This document shows positions 39,601 to 50,880 of a DNA stretch of 64,000 bases, in pieces. The notes beneath the pieces are model-generated. The model searched no databases, was not told where the DNA came from, and worked only from the letters and a program-made list of their open reading frames with translations. The position numbers were made by a program, and so were the translations under genes. Position 1 is the first letter of the stretch. Every line of letters begins with the position of its first letter. Source of the stretch: Raillietiella orientalis (taxonomy: Eukaryota); NCBI GenBank assembly GCA_036172245.1, contig JAYWIR010000031.1:2356001-2420000 (forward strand), read 5' to 3'.

Positions 39601-42600
39601 GTTGGTAGCTGTTTAAGCTTCCCTCGATGCAGCTAAGCATTCCCTGCTCGCTAGCATGTAATTTATAGATGGGATTTTCTCTGGACACAGTCTTTAGAAT
39701 GCAGCTGTCAAGCGAAAACCTTCAGTTATTCTGCAGGAGCATCGCATTCTAGAAAAATAGAAGCCTAGCCTTGTTTTGTCCTCCGAAAAGTTTGGAACAC
39801 TTTTCGATTCCATCGAAAGAAGGTTGCTGCTGACCATCACTTTGCCTAGATGGCTGATTTCGTTGAAGCAGTTTTGTTGAAATTTGTTTGATAGCAGCTT
39901 CATAACGTGAACGCTGCTGACCTCCAGAAGGGTATTTCCGAACTGATTCCCCCATCAGCTCCACAACATCCAATCTAGAGCATTTCCCTCCCCCAAATTT
40001 CTGGACTCAGGTGCAACTTTGGGTGCAAGAATATTTCTGCATGGTACTCTCAGAGCGAGCGTATTCAGTAAAACGAGATGAACAACAGGAATGCTCATCT
40101 TTCGAAGGAATTGAGATTCCACGGTGCAGATTGTCACTTTCAGGAATCCAGGAAGTTCCACAAACTGGTTTGGAGATGACAGACGAAATTTTTGTCCATT
40201 CATACCGTGTTTTCATTTTGAGGAAACATTCCGGAGTTTGGGGAAGTAGTGTGATTCCCCTTTTCGTTGGGCCAATACATGTCAGCATCTCTGGTAAAGT
40301 TTTGTTTAGGGAGAATCGCGACTCTGGGATTTTTCTCTAGCGTTTCATACTTTTTATTTAAAAAAACAAATCATAGGTTATTGATTTCGACTCTTGCTCT
40401 AACTAGTTATAACTTGCAACCTGCTTAATCTAGAATGCCAGCAACTTTCAACTGACTGAGAATTGTGCATCTCCATAAACGCCTCCAAATCTCTGTTGCT
40501 AAGCAACAAGCATCGTTGCGGAGCGGACACGCTGCTGCGGTCGTGACATCAGGCAAGCACCGCAGTGCAGTGAAAAGAGCCTCAAGCCGTGCATTGATCA
40601 AGGGAAAGTTCCTGCCTGTGCGCTGCAAAGTGACACACAAGAAAACATGCAGAGTAACGGAAAAAGTATTCTTTTTTTCCAATCAGAACACTGCAGTACT
40701 TGTAGTCCCCCCATGTGATCCGAAATGATTCCTCCCGTTGGTTTTGTGTTCCTTCTTCCTGGTTCCGTAAATCGACAGATTGGTCTTCAGTCAGTACGCT
40801 ATGCGCTGGCAACCGACAGACGCAACATCGAGAGCGCGCGTTTCTCTCTTCCTGAACGATCCACATGTGCATGGCACATGTGTGAGCGTCATTTCTTCCG
40901 GATGAGTGGGTGCATGCTGTGACGAAGGAAACGCCATTTCCGTGAATCCGAATCCGCGAGTGCGTGACTTCCGCGTGAATCTCATTTGCGCAGCATCAGT
41001 TCGGGCAGTAGGTGGTTTCCTGAGGAAGATGGTATGTGCATCCCCCTGCCTGCGACAAGGAAGCTCGTCAGCATGAACTTGGTGCGTGGACCACTTGGTG
41101 TACGGATTCTAGTTTTATGAAAGAATTTCACCGACGTGTATCAGTGAGGCAGATGATCCTACTTTTCCACTTCCTTTCGAAGTCAGTTCAGGTGAAATGG
41201 AATTAGGTTGGGTTAGCCACTCACGAGTGGGTCGATGAATGACTGTCGAGTCGCCTCAGAAGCACGGGAGCCAATGGGCTGCTAATGTGTCGTCACGAAA
41301 CGGCATTCGTGAGGCTAGTCCAAAAATAAAGGAAAAGAAAATGCCCTCGATCACTGTGGAGACGAAAGGCAACCCATGCGCTCTTGTCAAGCTTCATGTC
41401 TTCATTACACTGCCCAGCATCCACTCATTCTGCGACCGGGTCCTGCCTGGTTCGTGCCTCGAGAGGACACCCTACTTGCTGCCAGCTATCGTGAAGGTCG
41501 CCGCTCCGTGCCATGTGGATGGCGTGTAAATGGAGCCCCGGCAACGAGTTTTCGCACTGCAGTATTGGATATTCTTGAAATGCTTCAAAATGGATACAAA
41601 AAAAGGAAATCGGTAAATGGGGAAACAGGAATTCTGCATCGTAAGATGCTGAGAACTGAAACTGCAGTTTGCAGCACGCCACGGTGAGAGGTATTGGAAT
41701 GTTTGCAAAGCATAAGCAGAAAGAAGAAAGAGATTTCAGAATTGCAGCTTGCACCAATAGGGATTCCTCACAGTAAAACGACCTCTCGAAAATTCGTGAA
41801 CGGATCGACAAGGCGAATCCCTGGGCGTGTTGACATTTGCAATTGCAACGAGGGCAGTTCTCTTGGTAAAAAGTGTGCCAATGCAACTTGCGAAATCACG
41901 AAAATGAAAAGCGAACGAAAGAAAAAAAACATCTCTACGGATGGGACAAGGCCTTTACGATAAGTTGAACCCAGGCTGAAATATGAGTGAGGTCAGCACT
42001 TCTTCTACGCAGCTTGACCACCTCGAAGATATAAAGTTTATTCCTGCTATAACTCGTTGCCGGAGGGCTCCGGACTATCCTTCACACTTACTTTTCTGTT
42101 CACTTGGGGCACTCTTCATTATTCTTCAGGGTGCTTCCTCCACTTCCTGGCTTTCCTATGGTGAGACAAGATTGTCTGGATTCCCAGGCTGGCTGGAAGT
42201 TTTCTTTACGACGTGGGATGCAAAGATATCACATGAGTATCGGGTAAACGCAGGCACGATCCGGTGCCTCATTTTCACCAGCTTCTTTGGTATCCCCATA
42301 TCTTGTGATACTTCTTCCTTTCCAGGATAATACCACGCCTCCAGAGAGCCAACGATGAACGCGGGATCTTTGCTTTGCTTTCCGTCTTTTCCTAGCTGTG
42401 ATGCTACGTCCTCGTATTTTCCTTCTTCGATCTTCCTGGCTGTGCTGAGCGTTTGTTTACCATTTTCGCGTGGGCACAAGACGTAGGGCGCAAGTATATT
42501 TGCGCCCTACGTCAGTTTACAGTTTCCTTTCTGCATTACCAGATCTGGTTATTGGGTGGAAATTGTTCTTGGTACTCTCTGGTTTCTTGACACAAGACTC

Positions 42601-43169
42601 CAGTTCGCTTCATCCACTGCGGTCTTTCTGATGATCTGGGCCATGTTGTGGCGTGCCATGGGCAGAGGAACGAGTCCTTGGCAACAATTTAGTACGTGAG
42701 GTAACTTTTCGCAACGCCGACATATGAGTTCTTCTGGTTTTCTTTTAGCCCGGCGTTGATTGGTAGCATGTTGAGTGTTGCTGCAGTTGACAGTCTTGGG
42801 AATCTTTGTAGACTCCAAATCTGTAAAAACATTTTGCTGAGAGGCATAAACTTCACATGGAGTCCTAGAAAGAAACATGAAAATAAGATAACTACATGTG
42901 CAATATCATTGGTACGAGTGCAATAAATGGTGGCAGCCTTAGTATTTGTGATCTTAATCCACGCATCATAGGGAAAACACTATGCTTTACAAAGAACTCC
43001 TGGTTTAATTAAGATGGTATCGTACAGATAAGATGGGTAGCGTCCAAAGCGTGGCACTGTCCGCATTACACTGGTCTGGATCAGACCAATCTGACAGGAA
43101 GACAGGTGACTCTACATCCATCAGAATACCCAACTGAGGGCACACCTAAATTGACTGTATTTAGATGAA

Positions 43170-43560
43170 GACTTCAAAGCAGTATGACTCACTCCGCACA
43201 GCGGATATATCCATGCGGAGTGTGAAGACAGTTAGGTGGACAACTATCGAGTGGTCCACTGTGAGCAAGAATACACGGCGTCCGTTCATCGTGATGGTGG
43301 TTCGCAGCAGCTGTTGAGTGAGCTCTGCACTTTTCCAGTTCAACACCATAAGCTGCCCTGGCTATCCACCGACAGGACGACTACCTCACCCTCAGGTATG
43401 TTTACCTCTTAAGCTCCTGAGAAAAGAAGCAAATTGCTGCGAGGGAATATAAAACGCCTACCTTGTAAAGTAGGGACGGGTTGCAGCCGTCGGCCTCGTA
43501 CGCCCGCTGTTCCGCCGCAACGTTAGGCGGAGGCGCCGTCACCACAGCACTCGAAGCCCT
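43170..43560 (-). pseudogene. Tx1 ORF1 N-terminal fragment
   Basis: AEQRAYEADGCNPSLLYKV and QQLLRTTITMNGRRVFLLTVDHSIVVHL homologous to the ORF1s at 59-62 kb. Confidence 0.75.
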
Positions 43561-44660
43561 CATCGGAGCGGAAGACGATTCCGTGGGGGCGCTTGACCCC
43601 ACTTTCAGATGTTTCCATCGTCTTCCTTCGCCAACGAGGCGGCGTTATCCAGCATTACTGCCTTCAAACTACCACAAACCCCACACAACTTCACCTGAGC
43701 GTACCTGTGCCGAACAAAGGGAAAACACGTCCGCTCGAGGCAGACAATGGAGCATCTGCCTGCGGGAGACACAAAAAGGCATCTTTCCGCATGAAACCCG
43801 GAGTCCGAGTGAGTTGCGAAGGCACCCTTCCGGTTCGAGGGCAAGCTTGCCTGTTGTGGCCAACTGGGAACCGTGCCTGCCACGCACTTCACGAACGTGT
43901 GCTTTCTCTGGCAGGTGCATACTCGTGTGTGCTGTGGTGCGCCAGCTGGATGGCGACAGTCACCTCCGGAAGGCGAACAGGAGCACCGACCTACCTCTTT
44001 GCGTTCGCTCTGGGCGTACAGCCTGCGCACGCAACTCGGTACCTGGCAGGCGAACGTGCGGACTTTCTGAGCCTGCAGGGCACGCACCCGTGACCGGAGG
44101 CGCGTGTTTGTCAAGAACGCAGTCCACCGCGCCTGCGCCGTTGCGCACCAGCGCAGGCAGAAGCACACGTCCAAGCGGAGCAGCTCGCGCTTGCCACCAG
44201 CCATGCTCACAAAGGCGGCGGCCATCCTGTCCTTCCAGGAAGTTTCTCAGAGCCAATTTTGACTGCTTGTGACGATCAGGGGAAGGACGGCAGACGACTC
44301 CGTTGGCAAAGACGGCCTGGCATTTGCAGGACGAAAGAGGACAAAAAAGAGGAAATGATGGAGGGCAACGCGCAGAGATAGAGCGGAAAGGTCAGGCTCC
44401 TTGCTACACCCGTAAGGCTTATGACTACGAATACGCCGGACAGCGAAATTCAAGATGAACATCGGGGGCGATGTCGTTCTCGTTTTGTTTTTGTTCTGTT
44501 TTCCTGATCCCCTCTCCCTTTCGTTTCGTAGCATTGCCGGTACTTGTATGTTGATCCCGGTGCATACGAACCCAAAGACTCGAATTGCTGCTCTCCACAG
44601 AGCGAGCACCCTGGCGAATGCACTAAGTGCACCGACGAGCAAGCGATCGGGCGTGTCCAC

Positions 44661-45211
44661 CTAGACGGCGGACAATCGGACCACGAACGACTGGTCCATG
44701 GCCGACATGACGACGTCCTTCCCGCGTATGTTTAGCGGAGTGCGGAGAAGGCGCTGGACTAGGGATGCATCTTTGCAGTGCACCTCCAGGTGTCCGAGCG
44801 CGTTAACCGGCATGACGGCCAGGAGGTCGTCCTGTCGGACCCCGACGCGCAAAAGCTCATCCCATAAATTTTCTCCGACCACGTCGGAGATAGCAGCACT
44901 CACCGGATAGCAGAGCGCAGGCTTGTAGCCATGGGCTGCATATGCCTGCAGCTCCGCTTCGTCGGGCGGGGCTCCGTTGGCTGCCGCCGCCTTGACGACG
45001 GCGGCGAAGCTTCTCGCCAGTGGCGTGACACAAGAATCAGAGGTGGACCGGGCATCCGTAGTGAAGACTTTATTGCCAGTAGCAGCCTCCACATCCATCT
45101 TTTGTTGCAGGGGCTTCGTGAACATCCCAGTGGAAGCACTCGGGCACACCACACACAAGAAGACGGAAAGGAATCGCGCTCGAGTAGCAACACAGAACAC
45201 GTCCGTGCAGA
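44661..45211 (-). mobile_element. 5' end of a Tx1-like element Y (5'UTR + ORF1 start, 3'-truncated)
   Basis: 5' motif GGACGTG; ATG at 45125; RSFAAVVK..ELQAYAAHGYKPAL..VQRLLRTPLNIRG. Confidence 0.85.
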
Positions 45212-48050
45212 GTTGTCGTTTATTACCCGGTTGCGCCGAGACGTTTATTATAATATCAACTGGGAACTGTGTTCCCAGGCAAGGGGAACAGAAAATGGGG
45301 AGTAGATTTCCCGGAACGCAGTCCGGGCACACTGAGAGTTCGGAACGGGAGAGGGGGGGACAATAAATAAATAAATTGGGTGGGAGGGCGGGGACAGGGG
45401 TACTCAGTCTAACCGTTCCTATTCTCAGAACCTGCGGTGAATGCCGCCGATCTCCGTTCTCACTTCTGCTCCAAGATGTGGCCACCCGGCAGCCATTTGC
45501 AGGTTGCAGGCTGCGGTGTCGGGGACCGATGTTGGGACTGCTCGCATCTGCAATACGTGGTGGGTCCTGACAATGGCGCGGAAGCAGCAGATGATTGCGA
45601 CGACCGCTCCAAGAGAAAGTCCTCCACGCGTGTAGAAGCGGCGCATCCAATCCAGTGAGATGTGTCCAGGGTGCAGGAGCGCTGAAGACAGCCGCCGCCA
45701 CAGCTCCTGGAGGGCACCGCACTCAAACAGCAAAGGAGGAAGCGATTCCACTGCTCCGCATTTTGCACAGTTTGGGGACGCAACTCCCCCGAAAATCAGA
45801 TGCGCCCGCTGGTTGCAGTACAAACCCCAATGCACCAGCAGAAAAGCGTCTTGCTTCCACCGAAGGGGGAAGAGAGTCGCGTCCAAACACGCAGAAGGGA
45901 CCACAAGTTCATCGGTGGGCACACCGAGGAGCTCACTCTACCGGAGAAGTCCCTTGGCACGAAGGCGAGGTGTGGCAGCGTCTGCCACTTCGCAAGTCCG
46001 CCAGCCGCCCAGCAGTCGGGTTTCGCCTGCGATTTCGCAAGCGATCTCCCACCTCGCCGGCAGGTCACTGTCGTCTCGCACCATCAGTGCACACAGTGCT
46101 TTGGCGAGTGGCGTAGCGGCTAGGCGTGTCCACTGGTCCTGGTCTTCCAGCACCTCCCCCACTGGACAGTATGGGGAAAGTTTCACGCAACGGAGTTCCA
46201 AACGGGACACATCCTGTTGCGCTGCCCAGGACGATAAGGTTTCCTGCCTCCAGGCGTTGAAATTCGTCGGCCGGCAGGAGATCCACTCATGCTTTCCCAG
46301 AAGCGTGGCGAGCTGCTTCAAAGGGAAGCCGAATCCTCTCTGGGCGCGCTCCGTGCGCAGATGCAACGAACGTAGTCCGTCGCCACCCGTGCTGCGCCGC
46401 AGCAGCAGCCGCGCTGGAGCACACCAGGGAGTAGTCCAGAGCTGTGCACAAAGTGCCAGCATGCGGAACTGCACTAGCAGTCCGATCCGCTCCAGCGTCA
46501 GGATGCCCAATCCTGCATCCCGCCGAAGAGCCGCCAAGTCCTTCAGGCGTATCCTGGACCTCGCCGGTCCCCACAGGGCGTTCCGCAACAGGCATTGCGC
46601 CCGGCGCTTAGCCGAGTAGGAAAGGGGACAAACAAAAAAGAGGAGACGGAGGAGGGGGGCAACGAAAATGTTCCACACGAAGGCCCGTTCCTACAGGAGA
46701 AACCTGCCTCCTTGGAACGGGCCCAGAGCAGTCTCGGCCTTGTGAAGGCAGTCCGACCACGCTTCTGCTAGACAGAAGGCGCCCAAGGGAACACCAACTT
46801 ACTTAAAGCACCTGCCCGTGGAGATCCCCAGGGGGATCCAGTCGGACTGCCCCTCCCACGTAGAGCCAACCGGCACAACGGTTGATTTCGTCCTGTTTAC
46901 GCTCAGGCCCGCTCCCCGACGAATGAGCTCGAAGAAGTCCTCGAGACTGGACGCCGGGGTGGACATGGGCAGCAGCAGAGGAAGGTCGTCAGCATAGGCG
47001 GCCACGGCCGGTGTTCCCGGGCAGGAGCTCGGAAGGTTGGCCAGCGTCAGCCTGTACGCCCTCAGAACCAACTCAAAGAAGATGCTGAAGAGCAGATGGC
47101 TTAAGCTGTCTCCCTGCCTGATACCCCGCCGTATGGGAATGCCGTACACGTGGCGGCCTCTGAAAGAGATACAGCATAACGCGTGGCGCCAGCAGGAGCG
47201 CAAGTAGGCGATGAGGTGCGTCGAGAGGCCTAGGCGTCTCAAAAGCTCCAGAAGGAGGTCTGGTTTACGCTGTCGAACGCTTTGCAGAGATCGACGGCGA
47301 ACGCTAAGGCTCCCGGCATTCCATCGTGCCTTGAACACCGCCGCTTTCCTTTGGCAGCGGCGATTTCGGCTGCCTGGCTCTGCTGCGCCACGCGCTGCTG
47401 CAACTCGAACCATGTTTGCGCGAAGAAGAGATTCGCGTCCATGGACCGCCCCGGAACAGCATACGTCTGCTCCGGACTTACCAAGGACTCCGCGATTCTC
47501 CCCAGGCGCGCGACCCATAGCTTGGAGAACAACTTGTCCGAATTCACCAAGGTGATCTTAAGCCAGTTGCTGAGGTGGCGCAAATCCCCGCCTTTCGGCA
47601 GGAGCCGCACCTTTGCTGAGCGGAAAGAAGCGGGAACATCTCCCGTCTCACGCATCAGCGAGGAAAGGCTCAGCACCAGGGGGACGAGCTCCGCCGCGAA
47701 GCACTGAAAGAACTCCGCGGGCAGGCCATCCTCCCCAGGCGCCTTACGCCTCTTCAGGCTCGCTATGGCGGAAGATACTTCTTCCGCCGTGGACGGCCAA
47801 TCCAATCTCGCGCGTTCCTCCTCGTCGATAGCAGGGTTGCCGTCGGAAGAAGCAGCTCGGAGAGACTGCGTTCCGTGGGCTCCTCCGGGTACAACGAGGA
47901 GTAGTAGCGCTTGAGTTCCCGGTGTACCTCGGCTGCAGTCGAGCATTCCTGGCTAGCGTCATCGAGCAGACAAGCCGCTCCAGACTGCCAAACCTGGCGC
48001 TCGGCCCTGGCCTTGTACTCCGCCAGACGCCGGACGTCCGGGCATCGGGA
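45212..48050 (-). mobile_element. 5'-truncated Tx1-like element Z, frameshifted ORF2
   Basis: KAPGEDGLP, VDLCKAFD, GIRQGDSLS, YADD, HWGLYCN..CAKCG; 3'UTR hairpin 45310-45327; AATAAA + terminal hairpin. Confidence 0.93.
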
Positions 48051-50673
48051 GTTGCCACCCGGGTACGCCCAAGGCGTTTATTAATAATAAAGAAAACTCT
48101 ACAATCGCGGTACCAGGCCCCGCTCACGGCCTTATGCACGGGACCTACCGGGACGCCGAGACGCAGCCCGGCGTGGCACTCCCCGGCAGCGAAAGAGGAT
48201 GGGAAAAAACAAAAATAAAAACAAAAACGCAAACAAACAAAAGAGGTTGAAGGGCAGGGAAGGGATCACTGTTCGCTGAGAGGAGTGCCCATTTGTTGAA
48301 GGAAGCCCTCGAGGTCCATCCGTATATTCCCCAGTTGGGGCCATCCAGCAGCTCTCCGCAAGAAGCGTTGGGCATATGGGATGACATCCCGTGCGTGTTG
48401 ACCCACTCCTTCCTTGTTGGTGTCGCTCCATGCCGACACGATGCCTCGGACGCAGCACAAGGCTGCAAGGGCTGCGGCTGGCTGCAGGGCGTCCTTCACG
48501 AAGAGGGGCCGAAGAACGTCTCTAGGGGAACTGCCCGTAGGGAGACCGAGGGTCGTCCCGAACCGTTCCCAAAGGGGTCGGAGGGCAGCACAATCCAGAA
48601 TAAGGTGGGGAAGCGACTCCCGCTCCCCGCACCTGGCACACGCAGGATCCACAGCTCCCCTCGTCCAGTGGAAGCGGCGCGCGTTGCAGGGTAGACCCCA
48701 GTGCAACAGGAGCAACGCCGACTCTTGCCACTTGAGGGGCAGGATCCTGGATTCCTTTATCACCGGGGGCCACTTCAGCACATCCATAGGGATGGCCAGC
48801 AGCTCGCCCCATCTTCTTAGTCCTCGCGGCTGGACGCTCGGGGTCGTGGCGTCCGCCAGTTGACCCATGGTCCAGCCGCTCATTCTCTTCTCATGTCCCT
48901 CGATGCAGCAGGAGACTTGCCACCTTGGCGTCCGACTGCTGTGAAGCGCCCTCCTCAGGAAGGGCAGCGCCGTAGCCAGGCAGGTTGTCTCTGCCCACGT
49001 GCTTCTAGCTGGATTCTCCAGGAGATTCCTCAGAGTGCAGCGGGCGTAGGGGCTGCATCGGAGACGATTCCACGTTACGTGGCTTTTCTGATTCACCACT
49101 GCCCACGTTCCAATATTCTCCTCCAGCCTGGCGGAGGAGTCGGCGGGGCAGCAAACCATCCAGCTGTTCTCCATGGCCAACGATGCCATGCGCCCGAGCT
49201 GTAGGCCGCATCTTCTGATCTTCCGGCCGGGGCACAGAAGAAAAGACGCGAGTCCCTCGCACCGGGACACACGACTGGCGAGGAGGCGAGCCGGAATGCA
49301 CCACGTGGGGCTCCACATCTTCGCTGCGATGGCGAGGGTACGCCATCGCAGCTGTTTCTCCACGCGCTCCAGCGTCAGGAGGCTAAGTCCGCCGTCCCGA
49401 CGAGGAGCGCAAAGGTCCTTCAAAGGGACTCGGGGCCTCCCCTTGCCCCAAAGGGCGATGCGGAGAAGGTCCTTCGTCCTCTTTTTAACAACTCTTGGGG
49501 AGGGGCAAACAAAAAGCAAGGGGCGGAGGATGGGGGTCGCAAAGGCGTTCCAAACCGCGGCCCGTTCCGGCAAGTGAAACTTGCCTTCCAGGAACGGGCC
49601 GATCGCCGTCTCGACTTTTTGGAGGCAGCTGGACCACGCTTCCGCAGGGGAGAAGTCCCCCAACGGCACACCAAGGTACTTGATGCACCTCGCCGTGGGG
49701 ATCCCCAAACGGACCCAGTCCTGCTGCCCTGCCCACGCCGCACCAACTGGCACCACCGACGACTTTGCCCTGTTCACCTGCAGTCCGGTCCCGCGGTTGA
49801 GCAGGTCGAAGAAATCTCCGACCGCCTTCGCCGGGGTGGACATAGGTAACAGGAGCAGAAGGTCGTCGGCATAGGCTGCTACGGCGGGCGTGCCGGGACA
49901 CGAGCTCGGCAAGGAGGCCAAAGTCACCCTGTAGGCTCTCAGCACCAACTCAAAGTGGGTGCTAAAGAGCAGGGGGCTGAGGCTATCTCCCTGCCTTATG
50001 CCCCGCCGCACCGGCACGCCATACACCTTGTGGCCGCTGAAAGAGACGGTAATCATCGCAATCCGCCAGCAAGAGCGCAGGTAGGATATCAAGGAGGGTG
50101 GGAAGCCCATGCGACCCAGGAGCTCCAAGAGGAGTTCCTGGTCTACACAGTCGAACGCCTTATGGAGATCGACTGCGATCGCTAGGGCTCCCTTCCCCGC
50201 CCCGGTGTCTCTTCCCAGCCCCGCTGGTGGCCCCAATGTGGGGTTGCCGATTTTCCCTTTCCCTTTCTTTTCTCTCCTTTGCAGGTGCATCCACGTGCTT
50301 GCGAAGAAGAGGTTGGCGTCCATACTTCGCCCGGGAACAGCATAGGTCTGCTCCGGGCTAATTATGGACTCTGCCACCTGCCCCAAACGCGAAGCCCATG
50401 ACCCTGCTAGCAACTTGGCGTCCGTGTTCACGATGGTGATCGGACGCCAGTTGTGCAATTTCCTGAGGTCTCCCCCTTTCGGAAGGAGCCTCACTCTGGC
50501 TGACCGAAACGAGGCGGGAACATCGCCTTCGTCTCGGATCAGCCTTGTCAACACGAGCAGCAGGGGGGCAAGCTCTTCCGCGAAGCACTGAAAGAACTCC
50601 GCGGGCAAGCCGTCCTCCCCTGACGCCTTACGTCTCTTGAGCCTGTTGATACCGGCGAGAATTTCGCCGGTAG
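48051..50673 (-). mobile_element. 5'-truncated Tx1-like element A
   Basis: Uninterrupted RT-to-stop frame; 3'UTR; AATAAA + hairpin + GGCAA end. Confidence 0.95.
48266..50673 (-). CDS. ORF2 RT + C-terminal zinc finger of element A (5'-truncated, otherwise open)
   Basis: NWRPITIVNTDAK, DLHKAFDCV, GIRQGDSLSPLLF, YADD, KYLGV, CARCGERESLPHLILDC. Confidence 0.9.
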
Positions 50674-50880
50674 TTGCCACCCGGTCACGCCGGGGCGTTT
50701 ATTAAAAATTCTCTTTGATTCGTGGTACGAGGCCCCACTACGGCCAACTCAACTGGACCTGCCGGGTCGCCGGTACGCAGACCGGCGCGACTCTCCTCGG
50801 CAGCGGAAGGGGGTGGGGGAAAAAACAAAAAGAAAAATAAAACATAAAAAACAAAAAGATTTGGGAGGGTTGGGGAGGGA

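Noticed and set aside
38350..40350. Possible host gene or pseudogene on the minus strand
   Set aside because: Coding-like composition, but all frames are interrupted and no motif was recognised
44661..45722. 353-aa ORF as a novel fusion gene (likewise 62105-63097)
   Set aside because: Chance read-through across junctions of adjacent elements
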